Source of the DNA: Candidatus Binatia bacterium
GTDB lineage: Bacteria; Desulfobacterota; Binatia; Bin18
NCBI GenBank assembly: GCA_963664395.2
Contig: OY761159.2
Location: 3,360,001-3,424,000 of the forward strand
Direction of reading: 5' to 3'
Length of the DNA: 64,000 bases
A model generated the notes under the pieces. That model was given only the letters and a program-made list of their open reading frames with translations. It did not search any database and was not told the origin of the DNA. The position numbers and the translations under genes were made by a program. Positions 46,469 to 56,201 of the stretch are shown here, in pieces. Each line of letters begins with the position of its first letter. Positions within the stretch are counted from its first letter, which is position 1.

Positions 46469-47176
46469 TTAGCCCTCAAACTGCCCGAGGGCGCTGAGAG
46501 CTTCGTACAGAAATCCGTCGGGCAGAATATTCGCCGTGGAATACCAAGCACGGCGAGAATGATCTGGAGCGCTGACAAGACAGAGCGCCCCTCCATCCGG
46601 CTCGCATAGTACGGATATCGCAATCTTGGGAGCCTTTGAGGCTTGTATAGTAATAGCACCGTTCGGCATAGGATAGACTTCAAAGCGACGTGGCAAGATA
46701 TTGAACATTGTTTTTAGTAACCGTTCCGCGTTGTTTAAGGCGGTCTCTGTCGGTATCGGAAAATCTTGTTCACGCGCTTCGTCTTGGCATTCTCTCAAAT
46801 CCTCCAAGGCATCGTTGAGCTCAGGGACAGATTCGGGAGGTGTTAAAATCCATTCTTGTGGGGAGTGGCCTCGTTTGCTGGGGAACACAGAAAACGTACT
46901 CGAAATTGGGCGATAGTAGGCGGCTACAATCGCAGGGTCATAGATTTCTTTTAGGGATTGGTCCCCGCCGTGTGAGGAGACCCATCGCTCCATAATCTTA
47001 AAGGCAGACTCGGCAAGTATATCTTTGTCAAAGGACACCCAAGCCGTGTTCCAAATTGAGTGTGGGTCTATGGCCACAGTAGTATCATCTACCTCCCTGG
47101 CTGCTCGTAGCTTATTAAAATACTCGAGGTCAGATAATCCAATGTTACTCATCGTGTATGTGAACTCTTCACTCAT
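46469..47176 (-). CDS. Hypothetical protein, possible antitoxin
   Basis: Acidic N-terminus; C-terminal FPIPTETALNNAERLL...VYPMPNGAI domain; coupled to both neighbours. Confidence 0.5.
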   Translation of the reverse strand: MSEEFTYTMSNIGLSDLEYFNKLRAAREVDDTTVAIDPHSIWNTAWVSFDKDILAESAFKIMERWVSSHGGDQSLKEIYDPAIVAAYYRPISSTFSVFPSKRGHSPQEWILTPPESVPELNDALEDLRECQDEAREQDFPIPTETALNNAERLLKTMFNILPRRFEVYPMPNGAITIQASKAPKIAISVLCEPDGGALCLVSAPDHSRRAWYSTANILPDGFLYEALSALGQFEG

Positions 47177-47478
47177 GACGATTTACCTGGAAGGTGAGTT
47201 AATTGTTGTTGAATCATATCTATGAGCCGTCGAGCGAGCGCCGGGGTGATGTGGAACTGGCCGACACATTTGCGATAGGCTGGTGTCAAGGCGGACCCGT
47301 CTTGGTCGTTGAGAACAGGAGGGGTCGTCGAGAACATCTGTAAGATGAATGACTCATCTGGCACCAGAAGAGCGCTGACATGGTCGCAGCCATAGACGGG
47401 CACGTCTTTCGTATCATAGGTGACAGGGAGCGTGATTTGCTGCGGTTTTCCTGATGGTACGGTTGTATCGTCTGCCAT
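47173..47478 (-). CDS. Small DUF3467-like protein
   Basis: PVYGCDHV...FILQMF...PP...FHITPALARRLIDMIQQQL; ATGA overlap with the next gene. Confidence 0.5.
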   Translation of the reverse strand: MADDTTVPSGKPQQITLPVTYDTKDVPVYGCDHVSALLVPDESFILQMFSTTPPVLNDQDGSALTPAYRKCVGQFHITPALARRLIDMIQQQLTHLPGKSS

Positions 47479-47630
47479 GCTGCTTCCTTTCTTTGAAGGG
47501 GCACTTGCACCAATAGGGCACTAAGCCGGCCCCTTTGGAGCACGAACGTCCTAGAGCTGTCAACCATGTGGGTGTAGGTAAATAGGTATATTCCCTCCCA
47601 AGAAGGGATTTGTAAGATCAAAAAACCATC

Positions 47631-49148
47631 TCAGCGCGTCCAGGCCAGCCACTTGGTGAAGAGCGATTTGACCCTGGGGGTCAGTCGGGTGCGATTATAG
47701 GCGTCGGCGGCCCGTTTTATTGCTTCGGCCTGGGTCGGATAGGCATGAATGGTTCTGGCCAGGGTGCCGAGCCCCAGGCCGCCAACCATAGCCAGGGTCA
47801 GCTCCGAGATCATCTCACCCGCATGGCGGGTCACCATCGTTGCGCCCAGAATGGTATCCTTGCCGGCCTGGGTGTGGATTTTCACAAAGCCTTCGGTATC
47901 GCCTTCGAGCACGGCCCGGTCTACCTGCCCCATCTCCTGGTAAAAGGTCCGGATGGCAATGCCCTGTTTTTCCGCCTCATGTTCATACAGACCGACATGC
48001 GCGATTTCAGGGTCGGTATAGGTACACCACGGCACGGTGAGGGCGCTCGCCTTTGCCCGTCCGACGAACAAGGTGTTTTGGATCACAATACGGGCCAGGG
48101 CATCCGCCATATGGGTAAATTTATACGGCGAGCAAATATCACCCGCGGCATAAATACGTGGGTTGGTCGTCTGGAGGCGGTCATCGACCTTCACTCCTTG
48201 TCTGGTATCAAAATCTACCCCGACGGCCTCCAGGTTCAGCCCTTCGACGTTGGGCGCGCGGCCTACTCCGAGCAGGACGGCATCTACGCGGACCTCCTCA
48301 CGCTGCCCATCTTTTTCAACCTGAATTACCTTGTCCTGATCGTCTCGTGCCACCCCGGTGATCTGACAGCCAAGGACGAGCGAGACGCCGTCTCGAATCA
48401 ACGCGGCCTGGATGAGGGCTGCGGCGTCCTTGTCTTCGCGGATGAGGATCTGCGGCATCACTTCCAGGAGGGTGACCTGCGACCCGAAGCGGGCAAACGC
48501 CTGGGCCATTTCACAGCCGATCGGGCCGGCGCCGATGATGGCCAGCCGTTCGGGCAGCTCGGTTAAGGAGAAGACGGTTTCGTTGGTTAAATAGCCGGCT
48601 TCCGCCAAGCCGGGAATCGGCAGGGGCATGGCCCGCGCGCCCGTGGCGATGACCGCCCGACGGAAACGCAGTTGCCGGCCGTCGACCTCCACGCTGTCCG
48701 AATCGACAAAACGTCCCTCGCCCAGAAAGACATCCACGCCAAGTTCGTCACGATAGCGCAGCGCGGAATCATGCGGGCTGATTTCCGAGCGGAGCCGCCG
48801 CATCCGTTCCATCACCGCCGGGAAATTCACTCGGGTTCCGGGTGGCACTTCGACTCCATACTGACCAGCGTCCCGGACATCCGCATACGCCCGGGCCGCG
48901 CGGAGGAGGGCTTTGGACGGCACGCAGCCGACATTCAAGCAGTCGCCACCCAAATGTTCCCGTTCAACCAAGGCGACTTTGGCCCCGAGTCCCGCCGCGC
49001 CGGCTGCCGTAATCAGACCGGCAGTACCTCCACCCAGGACGACCAGATTGTAACTCGGGGCGGGCTCCGGGTTCGTCCAGTCATGGGGGTGGACGTTGGC
49101 AACAAGGGTCTGGTTATACGCGTCTTCAGGGAATGCAACGGTCGTCAT
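47631..49148 (-). CDS. Pyridine nucleotide-disulfide oxidoreductase (mercuric reductase-like, no C-terminal Cys pair)
   Basis: GGGTAG, GGDCLNVGCVPSK, GAGPIGCE and HAYPT motifs; AGGAGGAG RBS before MTTVAFP. Confidence 0.9.
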   Translation of the reverse strand: MTTVAFPEDAYNQTLVANVHPHDWTNPEPAPSYNLVVLGGGTAGLITAAGAAGLGAKVALVEREHLGGDCLNVGCVPSKALLRAARAYADVRDAGQYGVEVPPGTRVNFPAVMERMRRLRSEISPHDSALRYRDELGVDVFLGEGRFVDSDSVEVDGRQLRFRRAVIATGARAMPLPIPGLAEAGYLTNETVFSLTELPERLAIIGAGPIGCEMAQAFARFGSQVTLLEVMPQILIREDKDAAALIQAALIRDGVSLVLGCQITGVARDDQDKVIQVEKDGQREEVRVDAVLLGVGRAPNVEGLNLEAVGVDFDTRQGVKVDDRLQTTNPRIYAAGDICSPYKFTHMADALARIVIQNTLFVGRAKASALTVPWCTYTDPEIAHVGLYEHEAEKQGIAIRTFYQEMGQVDRAVLEGDTEGFVKIHTQAGKDTILGATMVTRHAGEMISELTLAMVGGLGLGTLARTIHAYPTQAEAIKRAADAYNRTRLTPRVKSLFTKWLAWTR

Positions 49149-49307
49149 GCGGCTCCTCCTGCTGTGCTCCAGGCTCCTCAGAACAGGGTACGCGGGATAG
49201 GACGCTTTACAAGGAGGGGAGGGCAGCGAAAGGGCCACACTCGACTCTGACCTTCCCCTCTCGGGAGGGGATATGGGCAGGCTGCCCCGTCGTGCCTGAG
49301 CCGGTTT

Positions 49308-49751
49308 CTACTTGGCCCAGCCGTCTTTGAGCGGCACAAAATAATAGGCGTTGAATTTTCGTGAGCGGAACTTCCAGGCTCCGTCGATTTTGGCATACAC
49401 GTCATCGTAATGCCCGGCGGCAATCACACTCTGGCCATCCTGCGTGGCGCGCAGCTCCAGATAACACGTTCCTGTGGCCCGGTCGCCCTCAAGGTCAATG
49501 ACGTGATTGTGGATAAAGGGACGTGGATCAAGAGCGGCCAGCCCCTGCGTGTAGGCTGCCAATAACGCCTCGCTCCCCTTTGCCGTAGGCTGTGCTCCAC
49601 CGGCATCAAACTCGCCATCTGGGGTAAAGAGACTGACCACGGCAGGAACGTCCTGCTGCCACACATAATGGCAGTACCGCTGTGGAAGGTCTCGAATCGC
49701 CTCTCGGTCCAACATCCCCTGTACCTGTGTTTCCAGACTTTTGTCGGCCAT
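49308..49751 (-). CDS. SnoaL/NTF2-like protein
   Basis: DREAIRDLPQRYC, LFTPDG, HNHVI and GHYDD...WKF motifs; start at MADKSLE after AGGAG. Confidence 0.85.
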   Translation of the reverse strand: MADKSLETQVQGMLDREAIRDLPQRYCHYVWQQDVPAVVSLFTPDGEFDAGGAQPTAKGSEALLAAYTQGLAALDPRPFIHNHVIDLEGDRATGTCYLELRATQDGQSVIAAGHYDDVYAKIDGAWKFRSRKFNAYYFVPLKDGWAK

Positions 49752-49828
49752 GGCTTTCTCCTTTTTCGGTTCGCTGTGTGGCCGTCTTACCAAAAGTCTG
49801 GCGCTCGGGATATGGCAGATATGGCCAA

Positions 49829-49928
49829 GAGCAGACTTGAGCAGATTTGAGCAGATTTGAGCAGACTTGAGCAGATTTGAGCAGACTTGAGCAGATTTGA
49901 GCAGACTTGAGCAGACTTGAGCAGACTC
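49829..49928. repeat. Tandem repeat, 10 x 10 bp GAGCAGA[C/T]TT
   Basis: Directly visible in the intergenic region between divergent genes. Confidence 0.95.
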
Positions 49929-49996
49929 GGGTTGCATGCAGACAATAAGAGCTTATAGGATGCGCCAGTGATATCGCTGACGCTCAGGAGGCGGTT

Positions 49997-51175
49997 ATGA
50001 GCCACACGGCGGATGTCGTGATTATCGGTGCCGGGGTGACGGGGGCGAGTATTGCGTTCAATCTCGCCCAGCGGGGCATCACCAATGTTGTCGTCCTGGA
50101 GAAAAATTTCATTGCCTCCGGGGCAACCGGCAAAAGCTCGGCCTGTATCCGCCAACACTATTCGACCGAGGTCACCGCGCGCATGGTCCGGCGCAGCCTG
50201 GACGTTTTTGAGCACTTCAGCGATGCGGTCGGTGGCTCAGCCGGCTTTACGAGAACAGGCTATTTGATGGGCGTGCCGGAGCGGGATTTCGAAGCGCTTA
50301 AAAACGTGGTGGCCATGCAGCAGCGTGTCGGGATCGATACCCGCTTGATCTCGCCCGAAGAAATCCGGGAAATCGAACCGCGCACGCGCGTGGAAGACTT
50401 TGCCTCAGGCGCTTGGGAGCCGGACTCCGGCTACGCCGACCCGTCGGACACAACGTCGTCCTTTATACGACGGGCAAGAGAGCAGGGCGTTCAAGTCCAT
50501 CAAGGGACTGAGGTCGTCGGACTCCAACTGGCTGGCGGAGCGGTGACGGAGGTCGTTACCAATCAGGGCAGCTTTTCCACCCCGACGGTCATTGATGCGG
50601 CCGGAGCCTGGGGCGACCGTATTGCGGCAATGGTAGAAGTGGCGATTCCGCTCACCGTTTGCCGCCACAATATCTGCTTTGTCAAACGGCCGGCCGAGGC
50701 GGCCGAGCGGCATCCCATGGTGTACGACTTGGTGAGCCAGATCTACACGCGGCCCGAGGGTGCAGACCTGACCCTGGTTGGCTCACTTGATCCCATTGAA
50801 ATCAACGACCGGGTCGATCCCGATCAATACGATCACGGCGTGAGCTATGACAAGACGGTTGAGATGACGGGCCATGTCACCCATCGCTTTCCGCGCTTTG
50901 AGACGGGTTATTTTCACAGCGGCTACTCGGGATTTTTTGATGTCATGCCCGACTGGCACCCCATTCTGGACGCCGTGCCGGGGATTGGCGGATTTTACAT
51001 GGCCGTCGGATTCAGCGGCCACGGCTTCAAGCTCGCCCCGGCGGTGGGCGAAATGATGGCTGAGCTTATTCTGAATGGCAAGCAGCCGGGCACGGATATT
51101 GACGCCTTTCGCTTTAGCCGGTTTGCGGAGAAACAACCCATTCGGGGCATGTATGATGAAGGCTTGATGGGCTAG
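49997..51175 (+). CDS. FAD-dependent oxidoreductase (DAO / sarcosine oxidase beta family)
   Basis: IIGAGVTG, GATGKSSA, PDWHPIL and GFSGHGFKLAP motifs. Confidence 0.92.
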   Translation: MSHTADVVIIGAGVTGASIAFNLAQRGITNVVVLEKNFIASGATGKSSACIRQHYSTEVTARMVRRSLDVFEHFSDAVGGSAGFTRTGYLMGVPERDFEALKNVVAMQQRVGIDTRLISPEEIREIEPRTRVEDFASGAWEPDSGYADPSDTTSSFIRRAREQGVQVHQGTEVVGLQLAGGAVTEVVTNQGSFSTPTVIDAAGAWGDRIAAMVEVAIPLTVCRHNICFVKRPAEAAERHPMVYDLVSQIYTRPEGADLTLVGSLDPIEINDRVDPDQYDHGVSYDKTVEMTGHVTHRFPRFETGYFHSGYSGFFDVMPDWHPILDAVPGIGGFYMAVGFSGHGFKLAPAVGEMMAELILNGKQPGTDIDAFRFSRFAEKQPIRGMYDEGLMG

Positions 51176-51210
51176 AAGAGAGGAAGAAAAGAGAGCAAGA
51201 GGAAAGAGCT

Positions 51211-52377
51211 ATGACACAACTATCCCAACCCGTTCGTGAGGGAGCCGCCCGGACCCAGCAGCCGCTTTCCCAGGCGCGACATATGCCAGCCCATTTTTAC
51301 ACCTCAGCCGAGATATACGAGCGAGAGAAAGAACGCATCTTTCAAAAAGAATGGCTGTGCATGGGCCGGGTCGAAGAGCTGGACCAGCCGGGCAGCTATC
51401 TGACCTTTCGGGTGGCCGGCGAGCCGATTGTCATCTGTAAAGATGGCCAGGGGGAGCTTCGAGCCTTCTCCAATGTGTGTCGCCACCGGGGGACGCAGGT
51501 GGCGTTTGGCGAGTCCGACAACGGGACGCCTTTTGGAAAAGGCTGTGACAAGGCGTTTTCGTGTCGGTACCACGGCTGGACGTATGACCTGGACGGCCGG
51601 CTGCTCAACGCGCCGTACTCTGCGGAAATGGAGGGCTTTGACCCCAAGGATTTCGGCCTGATTCCATTACAGGTCGATACCTGGGCCGGGTTTCTGTTTG
51701 TCAACTTCGACCCGGCCGCGCGGAGTTTGATGGATGTCCTGAACGAGGTCGATTTTCCCCGGACCTATCAGCCCTACCGCTATGAAGACTTTCGGCTGGC
51801 GAGCAAGTTCTCGTTCGAGCTGGACTGTAACTGGAAGTTCGTCAACGAAAATCTGACAGATATCTACCATATTGCGGTGCTCCACGTGAACACCTTCGGC
51901 CCCTGGCAGCCGCTGGAGTCCTACGAGTTTCGGCCGGTGCGGGGTGGCTATCACGGCTATTTCAAGGGCAAGACCCTGGCCCCGAACGGTGACTCGCTGT
52001 TCGGCACGATTCCCTGGATTTCGGGCAAACTGGCCGAGGGCGGCTATTCCAGCCATCTGCGGCCGAATATCCCCTGGTTTCCGCGGCATGACTTTCTGTG
52101 CTTTATGTCGGTCTGGCCGGGGGAGAGCGTTGATAAAACGGTCGGCGTTTCGTATCAGCTCTTTCCCAAGCAGCATTTTGAGCTGCCCGATTTTCAGGAC
52201 AAGGTGCGGGTCTATGACGACTTTCTCAAGGAGTTCCTGGCCGAAGACATCTCGATGATCAAGTCGCTCCAGCAAGGCATGGATTCCAAGTATTTCCAAC
52301 CCGGACCCATGTCCCGTTATGAGGTCGCCATTCATAGCATTGCCAACTATTACCTCGAACGCCTCGAAGCCGAGTAG
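51211..52377 (+). CDS. Rieske non-heme iron oxygenase alpha subunit
   Basis: CRHRG...CRYHGW; NWK..ENLTDIYH..LH. Confidence 0.92.
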   Translation: MTQLSQPVREGAARTQQPLSQARHMPAHFYTSAEIYEREKERIFQKEWLCMGRVEELDQPGSYLTFRVAGEPIVICKDGQGELRAFSNVCRHRGTQVAFGESDNGTPFGKGCDKAFSCRYHGWTYDLDGRLLNAPYSAEMEGFDPKDFGLIPLQVDTWAGFLFVNFDPAARSLMDVLNEVDFPRTYQPYRYEDFRLASKFSFELDCNWKFVNENLTDIYHIAVLHVNTFGPWQPLESYEFRPVRGGYHGYFKGKTLAPNGDSLFGTIPWISGKLAEGGYSSHLRPNIPWFPRHDFLCFMSVWPGESVDKTVGVSYQLFPKQHFELPDFQDKVRVYDDFLKEFLAEDISMIKSLQQGMDSKYFQPGPMSRYEVAIHSIANYYLERLEAE

Positions 52378-52416
52378 GCATACTACGGTACGGGCCAGAC
52401 ACAGGAGGGTAGCAGA

Positions 52417-53454
52417 GTGATTACCAATCTCGGACCGGAACTCACCCAAGCCGTGGACGCGATGATCCGCGAGGTTCTGCTGGTACAGTCAGGCGAAACC
52501 GTGCTGATCACCGCGGATACGGCCTCGGATATGCAGACGGTTGAGGCCATCCAGAACGCGGCCCGCAATCTTGATACGCCGGTGGCCCTGCTCATCTCTC
52601 CGCAGTTGCCCTTCCAGGGCGCGCTGGGCGACCCCTATATTTCCGATCCGGTCCGGGCTGCGGTTACAAACTGTGATGTATGGATAGACCTGACCTTCCC
52701 CTATATGGCCGGCTCGCAAGCCTTCGACGCCGCCATGCAGAACAAGCGCACCCGCTATTATCTGGCCGCGGGTCTGAACGCGGAGTCCACGGTCAGACTG
52801 TTTGGCAAGGTCAACCTGGATACCCTGTTTACCGTCACCGCAGCCTTTGACGCTTTGCTGGTGGAGAAAAAAGGTGCCCAGGGCCGGATTACCAATCCGG
52901 TCGGGACGGATGTCACCTTCACCATGGGTGAACCCATGGCCATGGGCACGGGTCGCGCCAACGGGCCGGGTGCCCTGTTCGTTCCAGGCACGGTCATGAT
53001 TATGCCCAAGGAAGACTCGGTCAAAGGCGTGGTGAAATTCGACACCGTTTTCCACGAGTACTACACCCCGCTGGAAGAGCCGATCAGCCTGACCGTAGAC
53101 GGTACCGTGCAGGACGTTTCGGGCGGTGTGGCCGAGGGAACCGTGCTCGAACGCTCACTACGGCGGGCCAGCGGTGAGGGCTTGGGCTATATCATTCACT
53201 TCACCTGCGGCATCCATCCGGCCGCGCGCTACACGGGAACCTGTTTTCTTGAGGACCAGCGCGTGCTGGGCTATAACGCGGTCGGCCTGGGCCTGCCGTT
53301 CTGGATGCCCGGCGGCGGCGAGAACCATCCCGACGCCGTGCTGTCCAAGCAATCGCTCTGGCTCGACGGCGAGCAGATTGTCAAAGACGGCATCATTGTC
53401 GGCCCGCCCGACCTGGCCGAGCTCGCCCAGGACCTGCAACCGCTGTATCGCTAG
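52417..53454 (+). CDS. M29 aminopeptidase-fold protein, possibly NicX (2,5-dihydroxypyridine dioxygenase)-like
   Basis: GETVLITADT, GTDVTF, IIHFTCGIHP, NHPD and LWLDGEQIVKDG motifs. Confidence 0.65.
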   Translation: MITNLGPELTQAVDAMIREVLLVQSGETVLITADTASDMQTVEAIQNAARNLDTPVALLISPQLPFQGALGDPYISDPVRAAVTNCDVWIDLTFPYMAGSQAFDAAMQNKRTRYYLAAGLNAESTVRLFGKVNLDTLFTVTAAFDALLVEKKGAQGRITNPVGTDVTFTMGEPMAMGTGRANGPGALFVPGTVMIMPKEDSVKGVVKFDTVFHEYYTPLEEPISLTVDGTVQDVSGGVAEGTVLERSLRRASGEGLGYIIHFTCGIHPAARYTGTCFLEDQRVLGYNAVGLGLPFWMPGGGENHPDAVLSKQSLWLDGEQIVKDGIIVGPPDLAELAQDLQPLYR

Positions 53455-53654
53455 GGCCGGTCGTCTCAAGAAGTGTGGGCTTCCAGCCCGCACAGGCTGC
53501 GGCTAGGCTGAGAAAGCTGGCTGCCGCCTCTACCCATCCCTAAGTGTTGGATTTCCGCACCCTGAGCGCGTATATGAAAGCGGCTCCTGAAGCGGACATA
53601 TTGTAGGCCATGCGAGAGTTGGTAAAAAGTGTAAGTATCTGTTGTATATTGATT

Positions 53655-54887
53655 ATGGGCGATACGGAAGTGGACATAAAACAGGACATTCATACGGCGG
53701 ACCGGGGTGAATCAATAGCACTGATGGAGCCCTTGGTCGTGAGCGAAAGCTCAAGGTACCGTACGCCACTGACGGACTTGGCTGTCGAGCTTGCGGCCAA
53801 AGCGGCCGGATTCCGCCGCAGCCTGCCCGCCGGGGTGCGTACCGCCCTGGCCGATCTTGTCCGAGCCATGAACTGCTACTACAGCAACCTGATCGAAGGC
53901 CACGATACCCACCCGGTCGATATCGAGCGCGCACTGAAGAACGATTACAGCGCTGATACCGCTAAGCGGAATCTCCAGCTCGAGGCCAGAGCCCATATTA
54001 CCGTCCAGAAATGGATCGATGAAAACGGTCTGCGGGGCCGCGCTACCACTGCGGACGGGCTCATCGAGATTCACCGGCGGTTCGGTGAACTGCTTCCGAA
54101 AGAGCTGCTGTGTGTAGAAGACCCGGAGACCGGCGAGAAGATCAGGGTGATCCCCGGTGCACTGCGCGAGCGCGACGTGAAGATTGGTCATCACATCCCA
54201 GTCAGCCCCGGCTCCCTGCCCCGCTTTCTGGGGCGCTTCGAGACCGTCTACACCAAGCTTGGCAGAACGGACAGTATCCTGGCTGCCGCCAGTGCGCATC
54301 ATCGCCTGCTCTGGGTCCACCCGTTCCTGGACGGTAACGGGCGCGTCGCCCGCCTGATGTCCTATGCCATACTGCTTGAGACCCTGGATACGGGCGGCAC
54401 CTGGTCAAGCGCCAGGGGCCTCGCCCGCAATGAAGGAACCTATAAAAGCCAGCTCATGGCCTGCGACGTGGAGCGCCGCAACGATCTCGATGGCAGGGGC
54501 CATCTGAGCGAAGAGGCGCTCGCCGCGTTCACCCACTTCTTTCTCACCACCTGTATCGACCAGGTGGACTTCATGGAACGGCTGGTACAGCCTGACCGTT
54601 TGTACGACCGTATCCTGCGCTGGACCGAAGAAGAAATCCGGGCAAATGCCCTGCCGCCAAAATCCGGAGCCGTTCTCGGGGCCGTCCTTTACCGCGGCGA
54701 ACTGCCCCGCGGCGAAGTCGCGCAAATCACCGGCACCGGCGAGCGCCAGGCAAGGCGCGTGACCTCAGCACTTATCGGACGCGAAGTACTCGTCTCCGAA
54801 AGCTCGCGCGCTCCCCTCCGCCTTGCCTTCCCCGCCAAGCTCGCCTCCCGATGGGTGCCAGGGCTCTTTCCGGAAAGGGCGGTGTAA
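53655..54887 (+). CDS. Fic family protein
   Basis: HPFLDGNGRVAR Fic motif; NCYYSNLIEG inhibitory helix; start uncertain. Confidence 0.9.
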   Translation: MGDTEVDIKQDIHTADRGESIALMEPLVVSESSRYRTPLTDLAVELAAKAAGFRRSLPAGVRTALADLVRAMNCYYSNLIEGHDTHPVDIERALKNDYSADTAKRNLQLEARAHITVQKWIDENGLRGRATTADGLIEIHRRFGELLPKELLCVEDPETGEKIRVIPGALRERDVKIGHHIPVSPGSLPRFLGRFETVYTKLGRTDSILAAASAHHRLLWVHPFLDGNGRVARLMSYAILLETLDTGGTWSSARGLARNEGTYKSQLMACDVERRNDLDGRGHLSEEALAAFTHFFLTTCIDQVDFMERLVQPDRLYDRILRWTEEEIRANALPPKSGAVLGAVLYRGELPRGEVAQITGTGERQARRVTSALIGREVLVSESSRAPLRLAFPAKLASRWVPGLFPERAV

Positions 54888-54916
54888 TGACGCTGGCCTT
54901 GAAAGAAAGCTAGCCG

Positions 54917-54990
54917 TGTAGGTCGGGTGAGCCGCAGGCGTAACCCGACAGCCCGGACTTGTCGGATTACGCTCCGCTAATCCGACCTAC
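54917..54990. repeat. GTAG-family REP pair
   Basis: GTAGGTCGGGT...ACCCGAC and inverted GTCGGATTA...TAATCCGACCTAC. Confidence 0.7.
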
Positions 54991-55043
54991 TGAACTAACC
55001 GTTCGCGCAATGTTACCGCTCGACGCTCCGGCGCGGATGCCGC

Positions 55044-55349
55044 TCAGACGGACTCATAGCGCTGAACGTTGATCTCATGTGCCCGGGCGCGCATCTGCGC
55101 CGCGTCATACCAGGCATGCATCCGCAGGAGCAGGTCCATGCTCACGTCAAATGCCTGTTCGATACGAAATGCCATCTCCGGCGATAAGGTGGCTTTGGCG
55201 TTCAATACCACCGAAAGCGTTGCCCGTCGTACCCCCAGAATTACGGCAGCTTTTGTGATGCTCAGCCCCAACTCTTCAATGACCTCGGTGCGGATGAAGT
55301 CGCCCGGATGCGAAGGGGTCATGTTCACTTTGATGCCGTTGGCCTCCAT
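55044..55349 (-). CDS. higA: HigA family antitoxin, preceded by a HigB remnant
   Basis: PSHPGDFIRTE...LGVRRATLS...LSPEMAFRIEQAF; upstream 55349-55373 encodes only LNLEDYH*, a typical HigB C-terminus. Confidence 0.88.
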   Translation of the reverse strand: MEANGIKVNMTPSHPGDFIRTEVIEELGLSITKAAVILGVRRATLSVVLNAKATLSPEMAFRIEQAFDVSMDLLLRMHAWYDAAQMRARAHEINVQRYESV

Positions 55350-55584
55350 CAGTGGTAATCCTCCAAGTTCAGGGGGATAGAGCGTACGGTTTGAGCGTAG
55401 ACTCTTCAAGGTCTTTCTTGAGAGGCGGCCCGTTCCCTTTCCGCTCTGGACATCCATAGAGGGGAAAGGGAACGGGCTCCTGAACGCAGTTCTGACGGAC
55501 GTGCCGTATCGAACCTGCAATTATCTTGACCACGTTATCCACGGGAGAGTACTTTATGTATCTTGGTGTATGGGGAGTCACACA

Positions 55585-55785
55585 ATGGCGACAAACTTGT
55601 CGATAGATTCGGAACTGCTCGATAAGGCGCTCGAAGTTGGCGACGAGAAAACGAAGATCGCGACCGTCAATAGGGCCTTGCGGGAGTTCATTGCGCGGCG
55701 AGAGCAGGGACGGCTGCTTGAGCTGTTCGGCAAACTCGACTGGGACAGCCGATACGATTACAAGCGTGAACGGATGCGTCGGTGA
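55585..55785 (+). CDS. vapB: VapB-type antitoxin, orphan
   Basis: MATNLSIDSELL...TKIATVNRALREFI...LFGKLDWD.YDYKRER; no PIN toxin follows. Confidence 0.82.
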   Translation: MATNLSIDSELLDKALEVGDEKTKIATVNRALREFIARREQGRLLELFGKLDWDSRYDYKRERMRR

Positions 55786-55887
55786 TGAACCCGTGGTTCA
55801 GCGCAGTCTGATGTAAAAGTGAGTTACGGGCGAATGGCGGGTGGATGTGGAGGGCACAGAGTTGAGTGACTTTTCCGGCTATATCGT

Positions 55888-56039
55888 CTAGCGCATTTCC
55901 CGTTAGGCTGTAGCCCCGCCGTTCCGCTCTCGTCATGCCGGACTTGATCCGGCATCCAGCGGGCGGGGGCCTGGATTCCGGCTTGCGCCGGAATGACGGA
56001 AGGGACCGGCTGGCTATACTGCATCGTGAAACGCGCTGG
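55888..56039. mobile_element. CTAG-bounded MITE (copy 3 of 3, inverted and diverged)
   Basis: CTAGCGCATTTCCCGTTAGGCTGTAGCC...GTCATGCCGGAC...GGAATGACG...CGTGAAACGCGCTGG. Confidence 0.6.
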
Positions 56040-56201
56040 CGAAGCCGGAAAAACAAAAGGGCTCCAGAATTTCCAGAGCCCCTTTGTCGATCGGGTAATT
56101 CCCGGTCCTTTTTTTAATCTACAGTCTTGAAGCTTCTGAGTGTCAAGACGAATCGAGCGAATATTGCACATACCAGTTGACCCCCTGGCGGGTAGCACCT
56201 T

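Noticed and set aside
47631-49148. Call as true mercuric reductase merA
   Set aside because: No C-terminal Cys-Cys pair, no N-terminal metal-binding domain and no mer genes nearby.
49752-49937. Repetitive N-terminal extension (LLKSAQ...) on the SnoaL-like protein
   Set aside because: It is the translated 10-bp tandem repeat; a good RBS precedes the start at 49751.
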